Origin: Lophium mytilinum
Taxonomy: Eukaryota
DNA: 64,000 bases
Direction: 5' to 3'
Assembly: GCA_010093605.1 (NCBI GenBank)
Contig: MU004199.1
Location: 930,001 to 994,000, forward strand
The position numbers and the translations under genes are program-made. Positions 37,101-50,599 of this stretch are shown one piece after another (position 1 is the first letter of the stretch; the number at the start of each line of letters is the position of its first letter). Below the pieces are notes generated by a model. That model made no database searches. It was not told where the DNA came from and worked only from the letters and a program-made list of their open reading frames with translations.

Positions 37101-40100
37101 AGGCTAAGGTATTTAATACGCTTAATAAGAAATTTATACTTATTAATATTAAGAAAGAGGCCTACCTTATATAGTTAGTCTAGAACTTTTTATATATAGA
37201 TAATATAGTCCTCTTTAGTTCTATCTATAAATACTAGTATATTATCTATATAAGCTAAATAGAAGTTATCTAAATATTTACGTAATATATTATTAATAAA
37301 TATTTAGAAGGTGCTAGGGCCGTTATATATACTAAATCCTAAGACTTTAGATTAGAATATTCTGTACTATATAATAAACGCCGTTTTCTATTTATTACTA
37401 GATTTAATATATACGCGATTAAAGGTAGAAATAATATTTAATTTAGTATACTATTTAGCCTTATAGAGGCGGTTAAGCGTTTTCTAGATAATTAGAATTA
37501 GGTATTAATTCTTTATAGTAATAGCGTTAAGGCTATAATAATTAATATAGAACTAGTAGGTTCTATCTAGTTTCTTAATAAGAAGTACAGGCGCGTGCGT
37601 AGAAGAGTTGCTATTCTTAATAAAACTATTACCTAGTAGCTTCTAGAGTTTATTATAGATAATACAGTTCTTTTCCTCTAATACTGCTCGGGTCTTATAT
37701 TTAAGTAGTAGCGCGTCTAGCTATAGAAGAATTATATAGTTATAGTTATAGTATAGGGGTAGGTTTTCTACTTCTTATTATAACTATATATTAACCTAAG
37801 AATAGAAACGCTTATCTAACTATTTCTAAAGTTTATTAGATAAATACATCCTTTATTCCTTTATAAACTTATTATATTTATTAACTAATAAGGTATAGAG
37901 CTTAAGTGTGCCGCCCTCTTCTAGAACGCTTATAACGTATTCTATTATAGGTATATTAAATAAGAAGTTATCTAGTATAGAGATAAACTCTAGCCTATAG
38001 ATCTAAATAAGGTCTTTAGACTTAGCGCGGTAAATATAGCGTTCTATAGAACTAATAGATATTATAAATAGAAATATAGACTAAAGTTTAACTAGCCTAG
38101 TAGGTTATATAGCGCCCTTATAGAAAATCTTTATAGGTACGCTATTACTATAGTAGTATAGATTACAGCATTATAATTAATAGAAGTAGAAGCTTTTCTT
38201 AATAAAGTTAATTTCTAGATTATAGGTTTTATACTAATCTATTCTAAGAACTATAGGTATATAGCCTAGGTCTATAATATAGTAGACTAGTTACTTTATA
38301 TAGAAGCCTATAGTAATATTAATAATTACTATATATATAATAGATTATAAGAAGTTAGAATTATTAATATATATTAAGTAGTAAGGGGAATTAAGAGGGA
38401 TATAATAGATTTTATATTTACGCGTAAATAATTAATTAATAAAAAAGAATATTATACTATTATTAGAGAGAGAGTAAGTATAAATAATTTAATTACTATC
38501 TAAGGCTATAGAATAAGAAAGTAAGTACTAACTACCTTTCTTTAGCTAGAGCTTTATAATATCGTGCTAAGTATATATAATAGCTGTGGCGGAAATATAA
38601 AGTTCTAGCTAGCTCTTATTATTCTTAATATACTCTAGCACCTTTTATAGCTAGAAAGGGGTATTAAACTAGGGTAGAGGTTTTACTACCTTCTTTATTT
38701 AGTACTTTTTAGGTGTTCTATATTTAGTACCCCTATAGCGGCTTTTATATAGTTTCTAGTTCTTTCTTTATAGTTCTAGAAGGTTATTAGTAGAAACTAA
38801 GTTACCACATTTAGAGAAAGTTAGTATAGAATAGGGGGAAGATAATAGGGTTAATAATAGGGTTAATAATAGGGTAGATAATAGGGTAGGTTTATAATTA
38901 ATTATAACGGGTCCTTAGGCGCGACTATACTTAAGAACTACTTATTTTTCTAGCTAGAAAACGTAGTATTAGTGGCGCGTAGAGAAAGGCCGCTAGTTAT
39001 CTAGATAGAGAAGTTTTAAAGAGGGCAGTTATTATCCACTATATAATAACTAATGCAGCGGCAGTAGTTATAAGCGCCCGCTATATATATTCTCTTCTTA
39101 TTAGCTTTAGTAAGCTTACTAATACTCTAGATATATACTAGTTTATCTACTAGATTTATAGCGTGCAAGCATTATTCTATACTAGCCGCGGCTATAATAG
39201 TAGATGCGCGCGGAGTAGTTAATAAAGTTATAGAAGAAGTTATTATAGTTATAGTTATAGTATTAGTATCTATAGTAGGCGTAGATAAGTAGCCGCTATA
39301 GCTGCAGCCACGGCCGTAAGTTAATTAAGTAGGCGTAGTTAATGCCGTAACCTAACGGGGCTAGAAGATAAGAATATTATACTTCTTAGCTTACTAGAAG
39401 GCTATATTCTATATATCTATAGTATAAATATATTATATAAAGTTATTAAAGTAATTATATATTACTCTATTAATAAGCTTAAATTATAGGTATAGTATAA
39501 GACGTATCTTAAACTAATAGATAAGCTTAGCGGCCCCCCGGTTAAGATTACTAGTAATATCTAGAAAGCGGTTATAAAATATAGTAAATAAATTATTATC
39601 TATATAAAGAGTTTCTAGCTATATTAGGGCCTTAGCCTTAATATTATATTTACTATATCTATTATCTAGAGAATAAAGGGCGTTAATCTTATTATAGATA
39701 ACCTAATTATAGCAGTATACCTAAATGCGCTTAAAGGGTTTATCTAAGAGGACGCTCTTAATATAATTAAGCTTATAGTTATCTATCTTATTAGAAAAGG
39801 CGTAGTAAATCTTAGTAAGGACCTTACTATACTAGATTAAATATGCGTCTAGGTCCTCTCCATTAAATATAACCGGGTCCGGCCAGCAGTAGGTGCGCTA
39901 GTAGAACGTTAATAATAGTAGTTAAGTATATAGTAGAGTATAGCTATTATAGTAGCTATTATTATAATATTAGTTATCTAATTATTTATTATATAGAGAG
40001 GCGGAGCGGCGGGCTTAGTTACTACCGCTGTAGAGATTTATATATAGAGTAGAAGAAGTATATATAGGCTCTATATAGGTATTATTATTATAGCTATTAT

Positions 40101-41351
40101 AACTAAAGTTATTAGGCCTATCTAGGGGTTATTCTCCGGCTCTACCGTTTATCCGCTAATAGTTAACGTTATTATTGCGCCGCTTATTATTATTAAAATA
40201 AACGGGTTCTTTAGACGTTATCTTAGCAGGTTTAGACTATTACTATTATTATTAGAGGTTGTATATGTAGGCTTATATAGCCTAGAGGCTAAGCTTAGAG
40301 TTATTAAGCTAAATCTTTAAGTCCCTAAGTTTCTTATTTATATTATTAAACTTTTTATAAAGGTTTATAGATATATATTTCTATTTCTCTAAGCCGGCAC
40401 TATAGTTATTAATATAGATATTAGTACTCTTAACTAGCACGCGTAGCAGTTTAAAGGCTTTAAGCGGCTTAGAGTTTACCTATTAATAGAACTTAAATAA
40501 GCTCTAGAATATAGTACCTTCTAGCTTTATAGTTAGGTCCTTAATATTATATAAATTTAGAAGAAGGTTAAAGGTAATAGGGCTTTTAGTATTCTAGAAG
40601 TCTACTTTAATAGTATAGAAGTTCTAGGTATTAAGCGCCTCTACTATAGCTATATTAAGTAGCTTACTAACGCACTTACGCCACTTAGTTAGACAGTTTT
40701 ATTAATTCTTTATGCGTAAGGCTAAGCGGTTAAGGTTTACTAGTAGTACTTTCTTATCCGCTTCTTTAAAGATGTCGCCCTAAGTATTATTCTATATCTT
40801 CTTAATATTCTAGTAACTAACTCCCCCCTTACCTTATAGAATGTTAGAGTTATAGGGTTACCTACCGGGCGTATTATTAAGGTGGTTAGTTATACCTAGT
40901 TATTTATAGTAAGGCCTAGGCTTTATATAGTATAGAAAATAAGAAGAGAGTATTTAAGTAAATAAGTAAGTAAGTAAGTAAGTAAGAAAAGGAAATATAT
41001 TAGTTTTAAGGTTAGTAATTAAGTAATTATATAGCTAAATCTTAAAGCTAGCAGCACCTATATAGGTGCGCGCGTATATAGCGGTATAGCTATATAAAAA
41101 GAAATTAAGGTTTCTATATTTCTAGGTTTTAAAGAATAACGCAACCTAGTATTAGGTTTATAGCTAAGAAAAGAGTTATATTTCTATTAATAAGGTTGCG
41201 TAGAGAGAAGAGAGGCTCCGGCTATAAGCCTACTACATAGTTAAGTGCGCGCCGAAAGAACCCTTAGCCCGAAGATTATGTAACATCCGTGCATGTAATA
41301 ACCCCTAACCTTAATAACTACTAAGAGAATACTAAGAAATAATATAATAAA
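34199..41351 (-). mobile_element. RIP-inactivated Ty3/Gypsy LTR retrotransposon nested inside the outer element (7.15 kb)
   Basis: 202-bp LTRs at 34199-34400 and 41150-41351; PPT complement TACCCCCCCTTT at 34401; RT LAYIDNILVF (~37240), RNase H IDASNY (~36790), integrase STAFHLEIDS*IEIAN (~35500); flanks AAAC/AAAT. Confidence 0.9.
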
Positions 41352-44300
41352 AATATTCTTAAAAGACTATTAGTTTAGTAAATATATTTAAGCTTATAAT
41401 CTAGATAGTTCTTCTCTCTACTAAGAATTCTATATAGAATGTTATTAGCAGGGTAGTAAGAAGACTTATTTATTCTAAGATAAGTTTAGCTTTACTTTTA
41501 GAGTATTTTAAAACTTAGCTAATATCTATTATAGAAGAATAGACTTTAATAGCTTATTAGAAGACTACTAGGGCTTATATTTAATAAGGTTACTATAATA
41601 TTACTAAGTTTATATCTTCTCTTTATAACTAAGAATCTCTTAAGAACCTAGCTAAAAATATAGTATACTTAGCCTTAGCTATATAGCTACTAATAGAATT
41701 AATTTAAAGAAAGACTACTATACTACTATATAATCTAGGTATTTCTTATACTTCTAAATCTCTAATAGCTTAATATTACCTATAGGGCTCTAGTAGTACT
41801 TCTACTTAGGCTTCTAGTTTAAGATCTAGCTTCTAGTAATTATCTATAGCTGTATTAAGTTTAGAAAATATAGCTACTTTAGATTCTAGCACTTAAGGTC
41901 TAAGGTAATACTCTCTAACCTCTCCTACTTAGCCTTTAACTTCTCTAACTTCTTTAATCTTTTATTATTCTTCTTTAGGTTCTTTATAGCGCTTTTAAGA
42001 GCCTACTTCTAATATACTATTAAGCCGCCGCTTATCTTAGTTATTTATTAGTAATAATAATAACTCTACTAGAGAGACCTCTTTAAACTCTACTTAGTAT
42101 TAGATAGGCTCTTTAAATACTATTCTCTAGAAGAATAGGGCTAGTAAGTATAGCTAAAATATATTAACTTAGAGCGCGCCTCTAAAATAGCCTTAGAAGA
42201 ATAATAATAGCTATTCTAGTAGTAGTAGTAGCTATAGAAGTTCTAGTAGAAGAAGTTCTAGTAGTAGAATAGCTACCTAGAAGAACTAAGAGTATATTAG
42301 CTTAGCTAGTATTAATAGAAAAGCGTTAATTTTCCCTCCCCTTCTAGATATAAGAAGGGTTAAGTATAATAGAAGTATAAGCTTAGCTTAGTTAATCTCT
42401 AATATAGATTCTTAAATTTATTATCTTTTTAATTCTCTAAAGATAAAATATAGCTAAATAAGTAATAATAAAGAATTAAACGCTTAAATCTAAATTAATA
42501 AAGGAAATCTAGGTAATAAATATATAGAGTTCTTCTAATACTCTATTAGCTTAAGATAGAAGCGCTATTTAAGCTCTCTTGCACTTTCTTCCGCGCAACT
42601 CTATATTAAGAGCTTGGGTGGGTTATATTATAGGTGCATTAAAATTACTATTTAAATCTAACTTATAATTACTACTAGTATTCTTATTATCTTTAATATC
42701 TATTATACTAGTATTACTACTAGAGAAGCTCTCTAATTATATATTAAAGCTAGTATTCTTATCTAAGAACTTATTATTTATATGCATTTTAGTATTCTTA
42801 GCTCTTAAGTTAATTCCTTTATTCTATAGCTCTGCAGCATTATTAGTTTAAATAATAGTATTACCCCTCGGCCGCATAATAATAGTATCCCTATTATACT
42901 TATTATTATCTTAGTGCGCAGTATTAGATAATTAAGTAGTAGTATTTACACTCTTAGGTATTCTATTACTATTTTAAGCTATTTTTAATAGTTCTCTATT
43001 ATTAGTATCTATAGCTAGCACTAATGCATTATTAGGTTATTCTATAGGTGCTGCGTAATTACTAGTTCCCTATAGAATATTAAGCTTATCTTAACTTATC
43101 TTTAGCTTATATATATAAACTTTCTAATAGGTATTTATAGTAGTTTTACCTGCATCTTTATATTATATAACTATAAAGCTAGTAACCTATACTAGTATAA
43201 TAGTTAATTAACCCTTCTTAGGTTTCTTTTTCTTAGTAGCCTATTAGTCTCTCTTAAGAACTCTCTCTTTAAAATCTCTTAGTATTTAATATAGCTTTAG
43301 TTTAGGCAGTTTCTAAGCATTCTTCTCCCCTTTCTAGAAGAGCTCCGCGCCCTTATACTGCTATTTTAATTAATACTTAGTAATCTTCTAATTCTATTCT
43401 ACTTTAGAAATTATAGTAAACTTAGACTATAGCTTTCTATTAGTATTATCTGCATCTAATACATCTATAATAGCATTATTACTAGGTTTAACTTCTTCTT
43501 AATATATAGTATGCTCTTTATTAGTATTATTAAAATCCTCTTAGTTTTAAAGTACTTAGTTATCTTCTAATATATTATTAGAATGTTCTAAGCTATATTT
43601 AGAGTCTTTTTAGTTCTAAAACTTTATATAAGTATTAATGCGTGTATTTACTAACCTATTACTATAAATAAGGTTCTTTAATACTTAATTAGTAGGCGTT
43701 TAAAGTATATAGATACTAAGAGAATAAGTAGTAATAATCTTAAATAGACTAAACTATTTTACTCTAAATTTCCTCTTAACCTTATTTTAAAGAAGTATCT
43801 AGAAACTAATCTTCTATTAAGTAACTAGATGCTTCTTAGATAAAGGTTATAGATTCTATAGGCCTACTATAATTACTTTCTTTAGTAGCTAATCTTCTAC
43901 TAGTGCGCGCGTGTATTAAACTTTTCTAATGCGGGCTAAATAATACTTTAATTTAGCTTTTTTATCTGCAGTCTTATTAAGAGCCGGTACTAAAGTATTA
44001 TTAGATACTTAAGGACGTCTACTATATATAAGGTAGTAGGGAGTATAGCTATAGAAGGTATTTTAAGTATGTATTATATATATTATAGCTAGTAACTAGA
44101 TATTCTATATAGCTATATCTTAATTAATTATTAGCTTTATAAGAATATTCTCTAAGACTCTATTAAGCCTCTCTATCTTACTATTTACCTAAGAGTAATA
44201 TAGCATTATAATATTATAGCAGGTCTTAATAAGCTTTTATAGTACTATAATAACTTTAGAAAGAAAGTTTAAACTATTATTAGAAGTAAACGCTACTAGA

Positions 44301-47300
44301 GAACTATACTAGTAGTAGATTCTTTTATAGATAAATATTACTATAGTCTTAGCTTAAGTATTAGAAAGCGCTGCAGCTTTAGGCTAACCTATAGTGTAAT
44401 TAATAGCAGTAATAATCTAGTAATTCCCATAGATTAATTATAGTAATCTACTAATTAAATTAATGCCCTATTTATTAAATAGATCTTAATCTTTAACCTA
44501 ATAAAATATTAGTTTATAAATAATCTTTCTTTTCTATACTAGCTAGTATAAGGTATACTTATAAGCGTATTTATTAGTATTATAACTTATTATTAGCTAC
44601 TAGCTATATACTTATAGGGCCTTCTACATGCCGTAGTATATAAAGTAGCCTAGCTAGTAGGTCCTATTAAGAATCTATTAATAATAGGAAGGTATAATAT
44701 ATAGTATAGTATTCTTAAGAGTATATAGATTTAGATTACTATTAGGTTTATAAAAGTAATAGCATAGTTCTTCTTTTAAAATTATAAAGTTTTAATATAG
44801 GGATAGATAGATTTTTTAGTAGTAAAGCTAGTATTATTTTAATTTAGCCTCTAATAGCTATTTAGAGAGAGTAGGCTTAAGGCCTATTATAAGAAACTTT
44901 TTTAAATCTTTAATATACTCTATATTAGAATCTTTATTCTTAGAGAGGGCTATAAGGCATTCTTAGATAAAATTAGAGCGCCTACTAATTGCGTCTAGTA
45001 CTATTATAAGGGCTTCTAAGTAATACTATATTATGGGGTTATACTGCTAGAAATTCTTAATCTATTAAGTAAGCCTTAGTAAGGCTTTCTTAGTGGTTTA
45101 TAGGTATTATAATAAGTAGTAATTAGTTATAATTATTAATTCTTTCTCTTAAATATAGTGTTACTAAATTCTAAGCGCTTCTTTAATTGCTAGAAGTTCT
45201 TTTTTATAAACTAGATAGTTTAATTTAGCTTTATTAAGCTTTTAACTGTTAAATATAATAGAGTACTACTTACTATCTTCTTCTTATTAAAGAAGGACTA
45301 TTCTAATAGTAAAATTAGAAGCGTCTATTTTAATTTAAAAGGGCTTTAACTAGTTAATAAGGGCGAGCACAGGGCGTTTAATAAGCTTTTACTTAAGGGA
45401 GTTAAAAGTAATTTAATAGCTAATATTCTATATAATAGCTTAGTACTTTTTTTTTTATATTATAGCGTTACTTTTCTTTAGAAGCTTATAGAGAGGTGCT
45501 AATATATAGGTAAAGTTCTTAATAAACTTTTAATAGTATATTACTAGTCTAATAAACTATTAGACCTTATAGATATTAGTAGAAATAGGCTAATACTAAA
45601 TAGTATCTAGTTTATTAGTTATTAGTTTTATAGTTCTATAAGAAACTATATAGCTATAGAACTTAATAGTTTCTTAGGTAATTAAGTACTTATTAGTTTT
45701 AGTAAATAGTTATTTCTTTCTAAGAGCTTTAAATAATAATTAGAGGTAGTTAAGATGCTCTTTTAATATTTCTAAAAATACTATAATATTATCTATATAG
45801 ATAAGCATAAATTAATATAGGTATAGTTATAAGGTATTATTTATAATAGCTTAAAAGGTAGTAGAAGCGTTATAGAGGCTAAAAGATATAACTAGAAATT
45901 TAAATTTCCCTTTAATTATATTAAAAGTAGTCTTCTAGATATCTAATTAATAAACGCGCAGCTAGTAATATCTAGAGGTTAAATTAATCTTAGTAAAGAA
46001 CCTAGCCTTCCTAAATAACTATAGGCAGTTATTAATATATAGTAGAGAGTAGGTATTCTTTTAGGTTACTAGATTAAGTGCTCTATAGTTAATATATATT
46101 TACTACTTACTATTTAGCTTTAGAATAAAAAGAACTAGAGATTTCTAGGTACTAATAGACTCTTAGATAAGGCCCTGTTCTAGTAGCTTATAGATCTATT
46201 AGGTCTATTTCTCTATTTAATAATATAAGAGGCGGTATATAGTATTATTTACCAGCTTTATATCTCTAGTATTAATTAAATAGTTATATCTATACTTAGG
46301 TAGTAGAATATTAGAAAGAATATTATAGAAATAAGGTCTATACTCTTTAAGAAGCTCTTAAAACTTCTCTTATATAGAAGTAGTAATATAATTAATTAGG
46401 GGTAATAAATTCTTATCTTCTAATAGTAGATTAGTGCCGGGTTATAGTACCTAATCTAGTATTAGTTTATTAGAAGCTTTTATAATATAAAGGTAAGTAG
46501 AATTAAGCTTATCTACTAAGAGCCTCTTATACTTTTAATAGAATATTGCATTAATAAAACCCTAGTATTCTAGTTTAGAAAGACTAAGGTCTATAATAGG
46601 GCTTAATATATTAAGCTAATAAGCTACTAGTTTAATCTTTAAGTTGCGGCTAACCTGCGTTTATAAGGTAACGGAATTAGTAAAGAAGTTAATAATAGCT
46701 TAGTATTACTATAGCTAGATTATACTAAGAATATATTAATACTCTTTAAGGTCTAGAATATATATAGTTAGAGTATCTAATAGTATATAGATCTTAAATA
46801 GAATCTCTAAGGCTTTTATACTAATTATAGTTACACCTAAGAAGAGTTTAACTACCTTAGAGGCTATTATTTTAATATTTCTTAGCTAATATTAAGTATG
46901 CTTTAATAATACGTAGATAAAATTAGCGCTATAGTTAATTAAGAAGGTAGTTCTTTTTTAATAGTTAGATAGTTCTAAAGTTCCCTTATATTCTAAAAGA
47001 TATTTACCTAGGGAGTTAAGGTAGTAGATTCTTTCTTCTATTAATTTAATAATAATTTAGTTAGAAGAATTATTAAAGGGCGGCTAATCCTTTTCTATTA
47101 TAAGTTTATAAAAAGTAGAAGTCTTATCTTTTAGATTAGTTAGTTACTTTAAGGCTACTAACCCTCCTAGTTTTCTAATAGCTTCTTAGCTAGCTAAGTA
47201 TAGTTACATTTAATATAGCCCTTCTTACTATAATTATAGTACTTATATATATTAGTATTCTATTAAGTATTACCTTTACTATATCTACTATAGCCTTAAC

Positions 47301-49337
47301 CGCGTTTTTAAGATCTAGTAGTATTTCTACCTTTAAAGGTATTAAGTTTAGTATTATCTTTAGTATTTAGATATTTATATTTATTAGAATTAATATTAGT
47401 TTCTTAGAAGTAATTATTATCTAATTCTTTATTAGCCCTAGAGATAGTATTAAGGCGGCTCTAATAGTCTCTTATTCTCTTATACTAGGAGATCTAATGC
47501 TTATTAGTAGTAGCAACCTACACTATCTATTTATTAAAATTAGAAGGGGCCTACGCTTAGGCGTTAATATAAAACTTAAGGCTAGGTTTTAAATCTACGC
47601 AGGCACGTTAATATACTTTAAGATTAAATAGAGCTATATTAAGAGAGTATATATAAGTAGCCCTAATAAGCTTATTAAAGAACTAATAAGTACTAGTTAT
47701 CTATACTATTTTATTAAAGCGGCGTTAGCGTTACTCTAGTGTATCTACGCTCTTATAGCGGCGGCTAAAGGTAGTAAAAAACTAATCTAATATAGTAAAC
47801 TTAGTATTACCTTAATAGTGCTATTAAATATCTTAGTTCTATTAAATAGCTATAGTTCTAGCTATATAGCTACCGGCTAGCTAAATCTTTTAAGTTTCTA
47901 GTATCTACTAGTAAACCTATTAATAGGCGTCTACTTATATAGTAATAAAGTTATATATTTAAACTATCTAGATAGGGTATATATTATTATTAACTTCGCC
48001 TAACTATATAGCGGGAGTTCTTATAAGAACTTTAGGTAGCGCTATTAAATAAGGTTCTCTTATAGCTAATATTCTTTTAAAGGCTTATTAAAGCTTTTAT
48101 ATAGTTTATTTTAATATAGGCTTATTATAGTCTAGTATTAAATAATCTAAGAAAGTATTAGATAATAGACCCTAGAAGTTAGTAGTACTTTAAGAAGTAG
48201 GCTACTACTAGAAGTTATCTAATATATTCTTAACACGGGTATAGTAATTAGGAACTATAGCTTATAGCTATTCTAGTATAGTAGTCTACTACTATTATAT
48301 AGAAGAAGCTAATATAGAACTAAAGAGTTCTAGTCTCTAGTAATCTATTATATACTCTATTATAGGGGCTTAGAAGTATTAATAGCTATCTAAAGAAGGT
48401 ATAAATAATAGCCCTTAATAGGTAAGCCCTAGATTATAGGCTAGGGTACTACTATAAATAATTAGAGAACCTTAAACTAGTAGCTTAATAGGTTCTAGAG
48501 TAGTAGCCTACTTAGTCTATAAGGCTAATATTAGATTAGATAGATTATAAAATATAGTACTAAACTAAGAGAGCCTTTAGAAGAGTTCTTAAAGGTTAGA
48601 AGGTAATCTATTAGAATAATAATGTCTATTACTAGATATAAAAGAAAGCTAAGGGTTATAGAATATCTAAGAATAAGAAAGAGTAGAAAAGAGTTAATAA
48701 CTATAATATAATTAAAGTAAAGAGTAAGAAAAGAGTACTAAGATAGTAATATTAAGTTTCTTTCTTAAATACTTTCTAATATTCTATTAGAGAGGGAGAA
48801 TTCTTAAAAGGACTCCTCCGCCTTTTTTTTATAATTAACTTATAAGGATTTCTAATTACTATATAATTATTAGGCTCTATTAAGCTATAATATTATTCTT
48901 CTTACTATCCTGCTATTAATCTTGCTTTAGTAGCTAATAGAACGCGTAGTTAGTTACGTAGAAGTATTAAAAGGGATAGAAAAATCCTATAGTAATATTC
49001 TAGCTAAGGGCTCTTTAGATCTATACTATTTAATTTTTATAAGAATATTTATAATAGGTAGTTATACTATAACGCCGGCCTAATACTAATTAGGGGCTAT
49101 TATTAATAGTTATTATTAATTACTAATTAGGTTAATTTTTAGAAACTATTAATACGGCTTAGTATTATTATAATAATCTAAAAATTCTACTAATTATAGA
49201 AGCTAATATCTTTTATTATTACTAAGAGTTAATTATAAGAATATAGCCTTAGCTAGCTCTATACTATTAAGTTTAAGAACCTAATAGCCCTCTAAGGAGG
49301 CCTTAAAGGCGGCTAGAACTATAACTAAGCTACTAGA

Positions 49338-49542
49338 TATAATATTTCTAATTATATAATATAAAAATTTAGAGAATAATAGATATTAATTCTATATAGA
49401 AATCTAGCTAGGCTATATATATATTAAAGAGGCCTATATAGGCCTTAATTATACTAAATCTATATAGGAAAGCGTTTCTATAGTAGATCTATATATTACA
49501 TGCACAATATTTAAATATTAACCGTATATTAAGAATTCCACA
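49338..49542. repeat. 5' LTR of the outer retrotransposon
   Basis: Matches 32657-32861; ends GAATTCCACA. Confidence 0.9.
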
Positions 49543-49608
49543 TATTTGCCCCACTCTTCTCGCTTCGCGAACTCTTTCGTGTGTGTTGTGGGATTTGCTT
49601 CCTCCTCG

Positions 49609-49657
49609 ATCACCACACTTCCATCACCACACTTCCATCACAGCACTTCCATCACCA
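49609..49657 (+). repeat. 14-bp tandem repeat (ATCACCACACTTCC, ~3.5 copies)
   Basis: Directly visible just upstream of the copy D start codon. Confidence 0.75.
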
Positions 49658-49691
49658 ACATTTAGAGGTGACAAGATCTTGGGTAGTCACC

Positions 49692-50311
49692 ATGGAGGAC
49701 GTCCCGACCGAAGAAGAACTGATCTTGATGAGGGAGCTGGCCGAGCTGTACGAGGCCAGAGAAGCCAACGCTGAGGGTTTTCGAGAGAACAAGGATCAAT
49801 TCTCGAAGGGCCACGGTACCTTTGCAGCTATACAGCAACGTTACGACAATGAAACAAGGCGTAGGCTCACTCTGGATGATGACATCGAATCAGAAATATT
49901 CGTAAGTTCTCCTTCCGCGCTACAACTTGCTTCCAGAATCTGATCTTTGGGTGTGCGAAGGAGAAGAGCAAGCGCCTTCGCGCCATCAAGGTCTCCAAAG
50001 ACCGCTCTTATTTGAGGCCATTCAACAACAAGTCTTCGCCGTTCAAGTTCAAGTCCGAGCCAGTGGACAGGGTGCAAGCGCACTCGACTGTTTCAGATGG
50101 GGTCCAGGCCTCTGTTTCCGAGCATCCGACCGAGTCACTAGCCCAGTCAACCTCTCCCGATACTTGTAGACGTGGCCTACACTCCAGCATGCAGGCTACC
50201 CCAGAGGCAGAGTGTTTCGGTAATACACCTATTCTGCGCTCTACTAGCGCTAGGAGTGGCCTTGTCAATCCAAATAGGTACCCTCCATATCTTGCGAAAT
50301 ACCCTCATGTT
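49692..50311 (+). pseudogene. Family copy D, 3'-truncated (exons 49692-49901, 49961-~50311)
   Basis: MED- start, coiled coil ending ESEIF at a phase-0 intron followed by EKSKRLR (A: QIF|VLKKRERALR; B: REF|ELRKQLR); similarity ends at YLAKYPHV, matching YLPKYPHV that opens zinc module 1 in C. Confidence 0.6.
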
Positions 50312-50599
50312 TTAATGTATAGTCAGTCTGGGCACACTAAATTATTACAACTCGGCTCCAATCCTGCGCGGTTAATACCACTGGGAGGAGTAGCCTGGCT
50401 AATCAGCTGGCAGTGAGGCAAGCAGCAGTCTAATCTAGACTGCCAGAACCTTGAAATCGCGCCTAGATGTCTAGAGGCTTATGAGATTACCCCAAGCAGT
50501 GGTGAACGCGTATATATGGGCTCCTAGCTTGCCACTATATGAGCTGATTGAGGTACCATACGCAGTGGTAAAAGAGACCAAAGCCGTCCATTCGAGCTT

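Larger units (their letters stand above)
32657..49542 (-). mobile_element. RIP-inactivated Ty3/Gypsy LTR retrotransposon (outer element, ~9.7 kb without the nested copy)
   Basis: 205-bp LTRs at 32657-32861 and 49338-49542 (TG...CA at the outer ends); TATT on both flanks; polypurine tract beside the left LTR; RIPed RT (~45790-45910, ISFSLYNASTTF...LIYIDNIIVF) followed by RNase H (IDASNF, ~45320) in Gypsy order. Confidence 0.9.

Noticed and set aside
38840..40990. ATAATAGGG repeats (~38843-38890) and (GTAA)n (~40963-40986) as an array or CRISPR
   Set aside because: Short simple repeats inside a RIPed retroelement, with no spacers, in a eukaryotic genome
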